From Polaromonas sp. (lineage in GTDB: Bacteria > Pseudomonadota > Gammaproteobacteria > Burkholderiales > Burkholderiaceae_C): a stretch of 64,000 bases of DNA. Made by a program: the position numbers and the translations under genes. The notes beneath the pieces are model-generated. The model had not been told where the DNA came from. It did not search any database and worked only from the letters and a program-made list of their open reading frames with translations. Each line of letters opens with the position of its first letter. Positions within the stretch are counted from its first letter, which is position 1. The stretch is from the NCBI GenBank assembly GCA_038902795.1, contig JBCKNJ010000001.1, positions 24,412 through 88,411 of the forward strand. Reading direction: 5' to 3'. Of the stretch, positions 21,968 to 32,428 are shown one piece after another.

Positions 21968-24679
21968 ATGAATGATTCCACTGCCCACCACCACCTCGCC
22001 CATACAGCGCTTTCATCTGAAAATTTTGCTGATCCTGACCCGCAAGAAACCGCCGAATGGCGCGAGGCTTTTGTCGCGCTGGCGGCGGCGCAAGGCCCGG
22101 CCCGCGCGCGCTACCTACTTGATGAGCTGGCACGGCTGGCGCGCGAACAGCACATAGGCTGGAAACCCGAGCTTGCAACGCCCTACTTGAACACGATTGC
22201 GGTCGATCAGCAGCCGGTGTTCCCCGGCGATCTGGCGCTGGAAGAACGCCTGGCCTCGCTGATGCGCTGGAACGCACTGGCCATGGTGGTGCGTGCCAAT
22301 CAGGTCGAGACCGGCGGCTCGGCAGAACTCGGCGGCCACATCGCCAGCTATGCGAGTGCGGCAGACTTGTTTGAGACTGGTTTTAACCATTTCTTTCATG
22401 CCCGCGAAGGCACGGGGCAAGGCCAGCACCGAGGCGACCTGGTGTTCTTCCAGCCGCACAGCTCACCCGGCGTGTATGCGCGTGCTTACCTCGAAGGTCG
22501 GTTGCAAGAAAAAGACTTGGCCTGCTTTCGCCAGGAACTCACCGCCAAAGATGGCGCGCAAGGTTTGTGTAGCTACTGTCATCCGTATTTGATGCCCGAC
22601 TTCTGGCAGTTCCCCACCGGCTCCATGGGCATTGGCCCGATCAGCTCGATTTACCACGCGCGCTTCATGCGCTACCTCACGCATCGCAACTTGCTCGACT
22701 GCACGGGCCGCAAGGTGTGGGGCGTTTTTGGCGATGGCGAAATGGACGAGCCCGAATCCATGTGCGCCCTGACGCTGGCCGCGCGTGAAGGCCTGGACAA
22801 CCTGGTCTGGGTGGTCAACTGTAATTTGCAGCGGCTTGATGGCCCGGTACGCGGCAATGGCCGCATCATCGACGAGCTTGAAAAGCTGTTCGCAGGCGCA
22901 GGCTGGAACGTCATCAAGCTGATCTGGGGCAGCGACTGGGACGGCCTGTTTGCCCGCGACGTGAGTGGCGCATTGGCTAGAGCCTTTGCCAACACGGTCG
23001 ACGGCCAGATGCAGACCTTTGCCGCCAAGGACGGGCGCTTTAACCGCGACAACTTCTTCGGCCAAAACCCCGAGCTGGCGCGTCTGGCGCAAGGCATGAC
23101 CGACGAGCAAATTGACCGCCTCAAACGCGGTGGCCATGACTTGGTAAAAATCCACGCCGCCTACGCCGCAGCAGCAGCGCACAAAGGCCAGCCAACGGTG
23201 ATACTGGCGCACACCAAAAAAGGCTACGGCATGGGCAGTGCGGGCCAAGGCAAGATGACGACGCACTCGCAAAAAAAGTTTGCTGAGACTGATCTGATCG
23301 AATTCAGAAACCGCTTCAACCTGCCTTTGACAGACGAGCAGGCCAAGCAAATCGCCTTCTACAAGCCAGCGCCCGAGAGCCCCGAGATGCAGTACCTGCA
23401 CGCCAGACGCAAGGCCTTGGGCGGCTACCTGCCCAAGCGCGAAACCGTTGCTGAAGTCATCGCCATACCGGCGTTGCCCGCGTACGCTGGTTTTGCATTG
23501 CAGGCCAATGGCAAAGAGATGAGCACCACCATGGCCTTTGTGCGTATGCTGGGCGGGCTTTTGAAAGATGGCGCACTCGGCCCCAAAATCGTACCCATCG
23601 TGGCCGATGAAGCGCGCACCTTCGGCATGGCCAATTTGTTCAAGCAGGTCGGTATTTATTCCAGCGTTGGCCAGCGTTATGCACCCGAAGACATTGGCTC
23701 GTTGCTGAGTTACCGGGAAGCGCTTGATGGCCAGATTCTAGAAGAAGGCATCAGCGAGGCCGGCGCGTTGGCCAGCTGGACGGCCGCGGCCACCAGCTAC
23801 AGCGTGCATGGGTTGGCGATGCTGCCTTTCTATATGTTTTACTCGATGTTTGGCTTCCAGCGCGTCGGCGACCAGATCTGGGCCGCCGCTGACCAGCGTG
23901 CGCGTGGCTTTTTACTCGGTGCCACATCGGGCCGCACCACGCTGAGTGGCGAAGGCCTGCAGCACCAGGACGGCAGCAGCCACTTGACAGCCGCCACCAT
24001 TCCCAACTGCAAGGCCTACGACCCGGCGTTTGCCTGCGAGCTGGCCGTCATCATTGACCACGGTATGCGCGAAATGATGGTGGAGCAAAAAGACGTTTTT
24101 TACTACGTCACGATGATGAACGAGAACTACGCGCAGCCCGATTTGCAGGCCGGAAGCGAGCTTGAGATGATTCGAGGTTGCTATAAATTCAGTAGCTGGT
24201 CACGCCCATATTCATTGGATAACAGCCCAAAGAGCCCTAAAACAGCAGCAAAAACGGTTCAAAAAGTCACTTTAATGGGCTCTGGAGCGATTTTGACGGA
24301 AATCATCAAGGCCGCAGTGCAACTTGGCGAGCTGGGCATTGAAGCGAGCGTGTACAGCGTGACCAGCTGGAGCGAACTCGCACGCGATGGCGCAGCCTGC
24401 CAGCAGCGTGCATTGAACGGCGAAGCAAGCGACGAAGTAAGGAGCGACTCGTTCGTTCAAATGCAATTGAGCAGCAGCGAAGGCCCCATCATCGCGGCCA
24501 CCGACTATGTGCGCGCAGTGCCAGAAAGCATTCGCGCCTTTTTGCCGCCAGGGCGCAGCTACCTGACGCTGGGCACCGACGGCTTTGGCCGCAGCGACAC
24601 GCGGGCTGCGCTGCGCGATTTCTTCGGCGTGGATGCGGCAGCCATCGTTCGCGCGGCGCTGCATGCGCTGAAGGCCTGA
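21968..24679 (+). CDS. mdeB: Homodimeric 2-oxoacid dehydrogenase E1 (AceE paralog, MdeB-type)
   Basis: GGHIASYAS, QFPTGSMGIG, GDGEMDEPES ThDP motif, NCNLQRLDGP, GTDGFGRSD; no E2/E3 genes adjacent; divergent Lrp. Confidence 0.85.
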   Translation: MNDSTAHHHLAHTALSSENFADPDPQETAEWREAFVALAAAQGPARARYLLDELARLAREQHIGWKPELATPYLNTIAVDQQPVFPGDLALEERLASLMRWNALAMVVRANQVETGGSAELGGHIASYASAADLFETGFNHFFHAREGTGQGQHRGDLVFFQPHSSPGVYARAYLEGRLQEKDLACFRQELTAKDGAQGLCSYCHPYLMPDFWQFPTGSMGIGPISSIYHARFMRYLTHRNLLDCTGRKVWGVFGDGEMDEPESMCALTLAAREGLDNLVWVVNCNLQRLDGPVRGNGRIIDELEKLFAGAGWNVIKLIWGSDWDGLFARDVSGALARAFANTVDGQMQTFAAKDGRFNRDNFFGQNPELARLAQGMTDEQIDRLKRGGHDLVKIHAAYAAAAAHKGQPTVILAHTKKGYGMGSAGQGKMTTHSQKKFAETDLIEFRNRFNLPLTDEQAKQIAFYKPAPESPEMQYLHARRKALGGYLPKRETVAEVIAIPALPAYAGFALQANGKEMSTTMAFVRMLGGLLKDGALGPKIVPIVADEARTFGMANLFKQVGIYSSVGQRYAPEDIGSLLSYREALDGQILEEGISEAGALASWTAAATSYSVHGLAMLPFYMFYSMFGFQRVGDQIWAAADQRARGFLLGATSGRTTLSGEGLQHQDGSSHLTAATIPNCKAYDPAFACELAVIIDHGMREMMVEQKDVFYYVTMMNENYAQPDLQAGSELEMIRGCYKFSSWSRPYSLDNSPKSPKTAAKTVQKVTLMGSGAILTEIIKAAVQLGELGIEASVYSVTSWSELARDGAACQQRALNGEASDEVRSDSFVQMQLSSSEGPIIAATDYVRAVPESIRAFLPPGRSYLTLGTDGFGRSDTRAALRDFFGVDAAAIVRAALHALKA

Positions 24680-24863
24680 GCTGCCTCGCTCGTTCCGGCT
24701 CACGCTCGCGGGCCAGGGGTTTCTTCACACGACCGCTGCCGCTGGCGCGCAGGCGTCGTCGCCACCGCGAATGGCGCCGGAGTAGTAGACTCCGGTGTGG
24801 GGTCCCTGGCTCGAATCGCTCAGTGCCCGCCACCATTTGTACCGCTACGACACGCGCGGCTGC

Positions 24864-24938
24864 GGCCCAAGCAGCGGGTGCGCCGAGCGAGGCAAATGCA
24901 AACGCGGTGGATACCGCGGCAAGTTGAAAGGCTTTCAT
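24864..24938 (-). pseudogene. 5' fragment of a secreted-protein gene truncated by the fold-back junction
   Basis: AAGGAGAACAAA-ATG, then MKAFQLAAVSTAFAFASLGAPAAWA (signal-peptide-like); the junction falls in the Trp24 codon. Confidence 0.72.
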
Positions 24939-25127
24939 TTTGTTCTCCTTTAATTGATTGAAAAAACTACCTATCGAGGCCATCAGAACATCGGTCAGCG
25001 TTGGCAGTGGCTCCGGACCTGCCAGCCTAACGCCTCGTTCACCCCGCTGGAACAGGTGCACAGTCGCGACCAGACGGTGAATGACCACGGTCGTGAATGT
25101 CGCCACCGCTGCGACAGTAGCGTCGAT
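24868..25127. other. 260-bp unique spacer (loop) of the giant palindrome
   Basis: Complementarity i/49995-i breaks at 24868(C)/25127(T). Confidence 0.95.
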
Positions 25128-25315
25128 GGCCGCAGCCGCGCGTGTCGTAGCGGTACAAATGGTGGCGGGCACTGAGCGATTCGAGCCAGGGACCCCACAC
25201 CGGAGTCTACTACTCCGGCGCCATTCGCGGTGGCGACGACGCCTGCGCGCCAGCGGCAGCGGTCGTGTGAAGAAACCCCTGGCCCGCGAGCGTGAGCCGG
25301 AACGAGCGAGGCAGC

Positions 25316-28027
25316 TCAGGCCTTCAGCGCATGCAGCGCCGCGCGAACGATGGCTGCCGCATCCACGCCGAAGAAATCGCGCAGCGCAGCCCGCGTGTCG
25401 CTGCGGCCAAAGCCGTCGGTGCCCAGCGTCAGGTAGCTGCGCCCTGGCGGCAAAAAGGCGCGAATGCTTTCTGGCACTGCGCGCACATAGTCGGTGGCCG
25501 CGATGATGGGGCCTTCGCTGCTGCTCAATTGCATTTGAACGAACGAGTCGCTCCTTACTTCGTCGCTTGCTTCGCCGTTCAATGCACGCTGCTGGCAGGC
25601 TGCGCCATCGCGTGCGAGTTCGCTCCAGCTGGTCACGCTGTACACGCTCGCTTCAATGCCCAGCTCGCCAAGTTGCACTGCGGCCTTGATGATTTCCGTC
25701 AAAATCGCTCCAGAGCCCATTAAAGTGACTTTTTGAACCGTTTTTGCTGCTGTTTTAGGGCTCTTTGGGCTGTTATCCAATGAATATGGGCGTGACCAGC
25801 TACTGAATTTATAGCAACCTCGAATCATCTCAAGCTCGCTTCCGGCCTGCAAATCGGGCTGCGCGTAGTTCTCGTTCATCATCGTGACGTAGTAAAAAAC
25901 GTCTTTTTGCTCCACCATCATTTCGCGCATACCGTGGTCAATGATGACGGCCAGCTCGCAGGCAAACGCCGGGTCGTAGGCCTTGCAGTTGGGAATGGTG
26001 GCGGCTGTCAAGTGGCTGCTGCCGTCCTGGTGCTGCAGGCCTTCGCCACTCAGCGTGGTGCGGCCCGATGTGGCACCGAGTAAAAAGCCACGCGCACGCT
26101 GGTCAGCGGCGGCCCAGATCTGGTCGCCGACGCGCTGGAAGCCAAACATCGAGTAAAACATATAGAAAGGCAGCATCGCCAACCCATGCACGCTGTAGCT
26201 GGTGGCCGCGGCCGTCCAGCTGGCCAACGCGCCGGCCTCGCTGATGCCTTCTTCTAGAATCTGGCCATCAAGCGCTTCCCGGTAACTCAGCAACGAGCCA
26301 ATGTCTTCGGGTGCATAACGCTGGCCAACGCTGGAATAAATACCGACCTGCTTGAACAAATTGGCCATGCCGAAGGTGCGCGCTTCATCGGCCACGATGG
26401 GTACGATTTTGGGGCCGAGTGCGCCATCTTTCAAAAGCCCGCCCAGCATACGCACAAAGGCCATGGTGGTGCTCATCTCTTTGCCATTGGCCTGCAATGC
26501 AAAACCAGCGTACGCGGGCAACGCCGGTATGGCGATGACTTCAGCAACGGTTTCGCGCTTGGGCAGGTAGCCGCCCAAGGCCTTGCGTCTGGCGTGCAGG
26601 TACTGCATCTCGGGGCTCTCGGGCGCTGGCTTGTAGAAGGCGATTTGCTTGGCCTGCTCGTCTGTCAAAGGCAGGTTGAAGCGGTTTCTGAATTCGATCA
26701 GATCAGTCTCAGCAAACTTTTTTTGCGAGTGCGTCGTCATCTTGCCTTGGCCCGCACTGCCCATGCCGTAGCCTTTTTTGGTGTGCGCCAGTATCACCGT
26801 TGGCTGGCCTTTGTGCGCTGCTGCTGCGGCGTAGGCGGCGTGGATTTTTACCAAGTCATGGCCACCGCGTTTGAGGCGGTCAATTTGCTCGTCGGTCATG
26901 CCTTGCGCCAGACGCGCCAGCTCGGGGTTTTGGCCGAAGAAGTTGTCGCGGTTAAAGCGCCCGTCCTTGGCGGCAAAGGTCTGCATCTGGCCGTCGACCG
27001 TGTTGGCAAAGGCTCTAGCCAATGCGCCACTCACGTCGCGGGCAAACAGGCCGTCCCAGTCGCTGCCCCAGATCAGCTTGATGACGTTCCAGCCTGCGCC
27101 TGCGAACAGCTTTTCAAGCTCGTCGATGATGCGGCCATTGCCGCGTACCGGGCCATCAAGCCGCTGCAAATTACAGTTGACCACCCAGACCAGGTTGTCC
27201 AGGCCTTCACGCGCGGCCAGCGTCAGGGCGCACATGGATTCGGGCTCGTCCATTTCGCCATCGCCAAAAACGCCCCACACCTTGCGGCCCGTGCAGTCGA
27301 GCAAGTTGCGATGCGTGAGGTAGCGCATGAAGCGCGCGTGGTAAATCGAGCTGATCGGGCCAATGCCCATGGAGCCGGTGGGGAACTGCCAGAAGTCGGG
27401 CATCAAATACGGATGACAGTAGCTACACAAACCTTGCGCGCCATCTTTGGCGGTGAGTTCCTGGCGAAAGCAGGCCAAGTCTTTTTCTTGCAACCGACCT
27501 TCGAGGTAAGCACGCGCATACACGCCGGGTGAGCTGTGCGGCTGGAAGAACACCAGGTCGCCTCGGTGCTGGCCTTGCCCCGTGCCTTCGCGGGCATGAA
27601 AGAAATGGTTAAAACCAGTCTCAAACAAGTCTGCCGCACTCGCATAGCTGGCGATGTGGCCGCCGAGTTCTGCCGAGCCGCCGGTCTCGACCTGATTGGC
27701 ACGCACCACCATGGCCAGTGCGTTCCAGCGCATCAGCGAGGCCAGGCGTTCTTCCAGCGCCAGATCGCCGGGGAACACCGGCTGCTGATCGACCGCAATC
27801 GTGTTCAAGTAGGGCGTTGCAAGCTCGGGTTTCCAGCCTATGTGCTGTTCGCGCGCCAGCCGTGCCAGCTCATCAAGTAGGTAGCGCGCGCGGGCCGGGC
27901 CTTGCGCCGCCGCCAGCGCGACAAAAGCCTCGCGCCATTCGGCGGTTTCTTGCGGGTCAGGATCAGCAAAATTTTCAGATGAAAGCGCTGTATGGGCGAG
28001 GTGGTGGTGGGCAGTGGAATCATTCAT
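25316..28027 (-). CDS. mdeB: 2-oxoacid dehydrogenase E1, MdeB-type (mirror copy)
   Basis: Identical protein to 21968..24679. Confidence 0.85.
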   Translation of the reverse strand: MNDSTAHHHLAHTALSSENFADPDPQETAEWREAFVALAAAQGPARARYLLDELARLAREQHIGWKPELATPYLNTIAVDQQPVFPGDLALEERLASLMRWNALAMVVRANQVETGGSAELGGHIASYASAADLFETGFNHFFHAREGTGQGQHRGDLVFFQPHSSPGVYARAYLEGRLQEKDLACFRQELTAKDGAQGLCSYCHPYLMPDFWQFPTGSMGIGPISSIYHARFMRYLTHRNLLDCTGRKVWGVFGDGEMDEPESMCALTLAAREGLDNLVWVVNCNLQRLDGPVRGNGRIIDELEKLFAGAGWNVIKLIWGSDWDGLFARDVSGALARAFANTVDGQMQTFAAKDGRFNRDNFFGQNPELARLAQGMTDEQIDRLKRGGHDLVKIHAAYAAAAAHKGQPTVILAHTKKGYGMGSAGQGKMTTHSQKKFAETDLIEFRNRFNLPLTDEQAKQIAFYKPAPESPEMQYLHARRKALGGYLPKRETVAEVIAIPALPAYAGFALQANGKEMSTTMAFVRMLGGLLKDGALGPKIVPIVADEARTFGMANLFKQVGIYSSVGQRYAPEDIGSLLSYREALDGQILEEGISEAGALASWTAAATSYSVHGLAMLPFYMFYSMFGFQRVGDQIWAAADQRARGFLLGATSGRTTLSGEGLQHQDGSSHLTAATIPNCKAYDPAFACELAVIIDHGMREMMVEQKDVFYYVTMMNENYAQPDLQAGSELEMIRGCYKFSSWSRPYSLDNSPKSPKTAAKTVQKVTLMGSGAILTEIIKAAVQLGELGIEASVYSVTSWSELARDGAACQQRALNGEASDEVRSDSFVQMQLSSSEGPIIAATDYVRAVPESIRAFLPPGRSYLTLGTDGFGRSDTRAALRDFFGVDAAAIVRAALHALKA

Positions 28028-28133
28028 GATGGCTACGACTTTACGCAAACCAGCTCAAAAGGTGCTGCTTTAATATGTGGCTATTATTTTTATATTCAGC
28101 ATAAAATTCTGAAAATAACAGATTTTACGGACT

Positions 28134-28601
28134 ATGAAACTTGATAACCTTGATTTAAAGATTCTTGCCGAACTTCAGCGTGATGGCTCGCTGTCCAACG
28201 TCGAGTTGGCCCGGCGTGTGCATTTAAGCCCCTCGCCGTGTCTGGTGCGGGTCAAGGCGCTGGAGGCCGCCAAAGTCATTGACCGCTACGTCGCCATTGC
28301 TAACGCGGCGGCGCTGGGCCTGGGCTTGAGTGTGTTCATCTCGATCAGCCTGCGTTCGCAAAACAAGGAGTCGCTGGCGGAGTTTGAGCGGCGCATTGCC
28401 GAGCATGACGAGGTGATGGAGTGTTATTTGATGACCGGCGACAGCGACTACCTGATTCGCGTTGCCGTCGCCGACATCGCCGCACTGGAGAAATTCATCC
28501 TCGAGCAGCTCACGTCGATTCCGGGCATCGAAAAAATCCGCTCCAGCTTTGCGCTCAAGCAGGTGCGCTACAAGACCGCACTGCCGCTACCTGTTTTGTA
28601 G
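28134..28601 (+). CDS. Lrp/AsnC regulator (mirror copy)
   Basis: Identical protein to 21394..21861. Confidence 0.93.
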   Translation: MKLDNLDLKILAELQRDGSLSNVELARRVHLSPSPCLVRVKALEAAKVIDRYVAIANAAALGLGLSVFISISLRSQNKESLAEFERRIAEHDEVMECYLMTGDSDYLIRVAVADIAALEKFILEQLTSIPGIEKIRSSFALKQVRYKTALPLPVL

Positions 28602-28622
28602 CTGTTGGGCACTTCTAGAAAA

Positions 28623-30248
28623 TTACATTTTTGACTGAAACACAAGCCCGGCATGCTCGCGCAGTGCGTGGAACTTGATTTTCGGCCACTGCTGCTCGAC
28701 TGCACGCAGGGTGGCGCTGTGATCGACCAGCAGGGTAGGTGCATCGACTGCATCTAAGGCCACACGGTGCGCGTTGGCATCGATGAATTTCTTCAACTCG
28801 TTCGGGTCTTCAGAGGTGACCCAGCGCGCCAGGTTGAAGTTACTGGCCATGATGCGCGCCTTCACGCCGTACTCATGCTCCAGCCTGTGGGCAACGACTT
28901 CAAACTGCAACTGCCCGACTGCGCCTAGCAGCAATAACGAACCAGAGATAGGCCGAAAGACCTGAATCGCACCTTCTTCGCCAAGCTGCGTCAGGCCGGC
29001 GCGCAGTTGCTTGCTGCGCAGCGGATCGGCGACTTCAACCGCGCGAAACATTTCTGGCGCAAAAAATGGCAGGCCGGTGAACTGCAGCGCCTCGCCTTCA
29101 GTCAGCGTGTCGCCGAGTTGCAGCACGCCGTGGTTCGGGATGCCGATGATGTCGCCGGCAAAAGCGGTGTCGAGCAGTTCGCGGCGCTGGCTCATAAAGC
29201 TCACCACGGTGTTGGGCCGCAGCTCCTTGCCGCTGCGCACCACCTTGAGCCGCATACCGCGCGTGAACTCGCCGCTGACCACGCGCAAAAACGCGATGCG
29301 GTCGCGGTGCGCCGGGTCCATGTTGGCCTGAATCTTGAACACCACGCCGGAGAATTTCTTTTCCTCGGGCTGCACCACGCGCTGCAGGGCGGCGCGTTCG
29401 GCTGGCGCCGGCGCCAGGTCCACCAGCGCGTCGAGCACTTCCTGCACGCCAAAATTGTTGATGGCCGAGCCGAAAAACATCGGGGTCTGTTTGCCGGCGA
29501 GGAAGTCCTCGCGGTTGAACTCGGGTGAAGCGCCGTTGAGCAGTTCCAGCTCGCCCTGGGCCTGCGTGAATTCGGCACCGAAGCGTTTGGCGGCTTCGGC
29601 GTTGTCCAGGCCCGCCAAAATTTCGTCCTCGCCGCCGGCCTTGTCTTCGCCGGGGCTGAAGACGCGCATGCGTTTTTCACGCCGGTCATAGACGCCGTGG
29701 AACAGCTTGCCCATGCCGACCGGCCAGGTGAAGGGCACGACGGTCATGCCGAGTTCGCGCTCGATTTCGTCCATCAGGCTCATCGGATCCTGCACCTCGC
29801 GGTCCATCTTGTTGACGAAGGTCAGAATGGGCGTGTTGCGGGCGCGGCAGACCTGCAGCAGGCGGCGTGTTTGTGGCTCGACACCGTTGGCCGCGTCAAT
29901 CACCATCAGCGCGGCATCAACGGCGGTCAGCACGCGGTAGGTGTCTTCAGAAAAATCCTGGTGACCGGGGGTGTCGAGCAGGTTAATCACGCAGTCACGG
30001 TATTCCATCTGCATGACCGATGAGGCGACCGATATGCCGCGCTGCTTTTCAATTTCCATCCAGTCACTGGTGGCATGGCGTGCCGCCTTGCGGGCTTTCA
30101 CGCTGCCGGCAATTTGAATCGCACCCGAGAACAGCAGCAGCTTTTCAGTCAGCGTGGTTTTACCCGCATCGGGGTGGGAGATGATGGCAAACGTGCGGCG
30201 GCGTTTAACTTGTTTGGCGATTTCAGAGGGGGCAAGAGATTCGGGCAT
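28623..30248 (-). CDS. prfC: Peptide chain release factor 3 (mirror copy)
   Basis: Identical protein to 19747..21372. Confidence 0.97.
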   Translation of the reverse strand: MPESLAPSEIAKQVKRRRTFAIISHPDAGKTTLTEKLLLFSGAIQIAGSVKARKAARHATSDWMEIEKQRGISVASSVMQMEYRDCVINLLDTPGHQDFSEDTYRVLTAVDAALMVIDAANGVEPQTRRLLQVCRARNTPILTFVNKMDREVQDPMSLMDEIERELGMTVVPFTWPVGMGKLFHGVYDRREKRMRVFSPGEDKAGGEDEILAGLDNAEAAKRFGAEFTQAQGELELLNGASPEFNREDFLAGKQTPMFFGSAINNFGVQEVLDALVDLAPAPAERAALQRVVQPEEKKFSGVVFKIQANMDPAHRDRIAFLRVVSGEFTRGMRLKVVRSGKELRPNTVVSFMSQRRELLDTAFAGDIIGIPNHGVLQLGDTLTEGEALQFTGLPFFAPEMFRAVEVADPLRSKQLRAGLTQLGEEGAIQVFRPISGSLLLLGAVGQLQFEVVAHRLEHEYGVKARIMASNFNLARWVTSEDPNELKKFIDANAHRVALDAVDAPTLLVDHSATLRAVEQQWPKIKFHALREHAGLVFQSKM

Positions 30249-30412
30249 AACCCGCGATTATCGGTGACACGACAGGCACACCATGGAACGAAAATTTTCA
30301 CACCCGGGAGGTCGAAAATACTTGACTTTTAAGACAGTTGCTTGTTCGTTAGGCATTTAATTCGACCCTGACCCCTTTGATCCTCCTAACGCCAACAAGC
30401 CTTGGCAGCGCA

Positions 30413-31252
30413 CTAGCGCGGAACCAGATGTTTGCTCATGAATTGATCCAGCACTTTGGCAACATCAGCACCCGCACCGAAATACATGTGATAACCCGAG
30501 CGACACGGGTTGTTGCTGTCGGGTGACAGCGTGCCGGTCTTGATGAAAACCAATTCGGTGGCCGTGTTGCCAGCTTCGCTCAGCCTGGTATGGATTCTCT
30601 TGGCGTTGCGTGGCGTGGTTCCAATGCATCCGTCGTTCTCGTGGTGCAGAACCAAGACGGGCAATTTGGTGGTCTCGTAATTGAAGAAGGTGCCGTTTAT
30701 GCCACCGCTCCATATCAGCCCCGCGACAAGATCTTCGCTCTTTTTGTCTTGGAGGCGTTTGTAAAGCTCCGTAATGCTGATGCTGCCCATGCTGTGGCCC
30801 ATCACCCACACGGGCTTGCCGAATTTTTCCTTGTAATAGCGAACCACATCTTCCACTCGGGAGAGGTGATCAGTGCTTGCCCTTGCCCCTGACCAATGGT
30901 TTGCGGTCGGCAAATCTGCCGGGCTGTCAAAAATAACTACGTTGAACTGCCCTGAAGTGGCCTTGGGATCACTCAGGCTGCGAAGCATCACGTTGAAATG
31001 GTAAGACGAGAAATAGCCATGATCGGCCGTCCACTCCGGCTTGACGCCACGGTGACCCTCCCCGCCGGGAATAAACACCAGCGTAGCCTTGGCCTCGGCC
31101 GCTTCAAAAAGAAATGTCATCGTAGGGTTTGACGACGCGAACCAACCCTTGTAGGTGGGGTTAACTGGAATTGCTTGCGCGTATGCGACACCAGCGTTCA
31201 GCAAAACTGCAAGGGAAAGTGCCGCCAACACACGCGACAGTATGGAAGTCAT
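30413..31252 (-). CDS. Secreted alpha/beta hydrolase (mirror copy)
   Basis: Identical protein to 18743..19582. Confidence 0.85.
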   Translation of the reverse strand: MTSILSRVLAALSLAVLLNAGVAYAQAIPVNPTYKGWFASSNPTMTFLFEAAEAKATLVFIPGGEGHRGVKPEWTADHGYFSSYHFNVMLRSLSDPKATSGQFNVVIFDSPADLPTANHWSGARASTDHLSRVEDVVRYYKEKFGKPVWVMGHSMGSISITELYKRLQDKKSEDLVAGLIWSGGINGTFFNYETTKLPVLVLHHENDGCIGTTPRNAKRIHTRLSEAGNTATELVFIKTGTLSPDSNNPCRSGYHMYFGAGADVAKVLDQFMSKHLVPR

Positions 31253-31793
31253 AGATCAGATTCTTTCACAAATCAATAACCGGGAAATGGGTCGGTGAGC
31301 ACAGCTGGAATGACAACTACGCCAATGAACACCGCGACTGAAGAAGCGCAGGTAATCTTTGAAGTGTGCGTTCGTAAGTGTACTTGCTGGACGCCTAACA
31401 ATCAGCGTTTATCCGCCGCGCCGTAAAGCCAGCACAAAGCAAAGACGTCAATCGCGGCAGATAAACCATGTTGGACTGAACCGCCTGTGCTGCGGTCGTG
31501 TTGCGGTTTTGCATTATGAGGGATTTGATTCAATCGCCCTACCTCTGTCAAGTGGGGTCAGGTCTTGCAGTCACACATCCCTCAGTCCGCTCGATCTCGG
31601 CATTTCGATCTGCTTGCTGCTTGATTGCAAGACCTGACCCCAGTGACCCTGAGAGCAAGGGAGGAGGGAAGGCACCAAAAAAAATGAAACAAAAAACGGC
31701 ACTCAAACTGAGTGCCGTTTCTTGATCTCCGCATGCTGCAACGATAGTGTCGCCGGTTCACACGAGGTGAATGCGATGTGGTCCTCTCGGATG

Positions 31794-32108
31794 TCAGTTG
31801 CGTTTCAGTCCATCGCGCCAAGCAATCGCTTCGAGTTCGACCCGGACAGCGTCCTCGACGGCAATCACAGTTCGCACCTGGAATTCAAAAGTAGCGTGGG
31901 TCGAGCAGGCCTTGTGAACGGCCAACGGATCGTCGCAGTCCACCAACATGTACCCACCCCACTCGCCCACTCGCACTACGAACAACTCGATCTTGAAATT
32001 CTCGGGCGGCTTCCATTGACTGAACACTTCAAGTATCCGTTTCTGGGCATTCTCGTACTCCGTAGCCGAACCGTGCGGGCGTTCAAACCAGCTAATCATG
32101 TACTTCAT
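31794..32108 (-). CDS. DUF3303-like protein (mirror copy)
   Basis: Identical protein to 17887..18201. Confidence 0.72.
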   Translation of the reverse strand: MKYMISWFERPHGSATEYENAQKRILEVFSQWKPPENFKIELFVVRVGEWGGYMLVDCDDPLAVHKACSTHATFEFQVRTVIAVEDAVRVELEAIAWRDGLKRN

Positions 32109-32428
32109 TGACGTTCTCCTCTATTAAGTTGACATCCTCGGAACGACTGTTTTTCGGACAATAGCCCTTGCGCAATTGGACTTCGTTGACAAGATCGCTG
32201 TTGGGCCGATAGTCGCCCAAGCAAGAGACGTTGCGTTGCGGCTGCGCTCAGACAGTCGCCGAGAGTGTAAACCAGTTCCGTCGACTTCGAAAGTCCGCAA
32301 CGGGCATGAGTGCAAGTGGGGGCAGGTCTTGCAGTCACACATCCCTCAGTCCGCTCGATCTCGGCATTTCGATCTGCTTGCTGCTTGATTGCAAGACCTG
32401 ACCCCGTGCTTTTTGCGGCCCGTTGATG

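Noticed and set aside
24776-24797. Terminator hairpin CCGGAGT-AGTAG-ACTCCGG after mdeB
   Set aside because: No U-tract on either strand
24995-25030. Cobalamin riboswitch (GCCACTG on minus strand upstream of the secreted-protein gene)
   Set aside because: Only one short motif; the remaining B12-box and conserved helices were not found
24868-25127. Protelomerase (TelN/ResT-type) hairpin telomere at the palindrome centre
   Set aside because: Such ends give a perfect palindrome to the axis; here there is a 260-bp non-palindromic loop containing a broken gene, and no protelomerase gene is in the window
24868-25127. Sequencing adapter (e.g. SMRTbell) at the centre
   Set aside because: No adapter-like sequence recognised; the spacer reads as genomic DNA with an RBS and a gene start
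24489-25506. ORFs 24489..25172 (-), 25081..25506 (+), 24272..24703 (-) and 25292..25723 (+) as real genes
   Set aside because: Arg/Ala-rich read-through or antisense products overlapping mdeB, created by the junction and high GC
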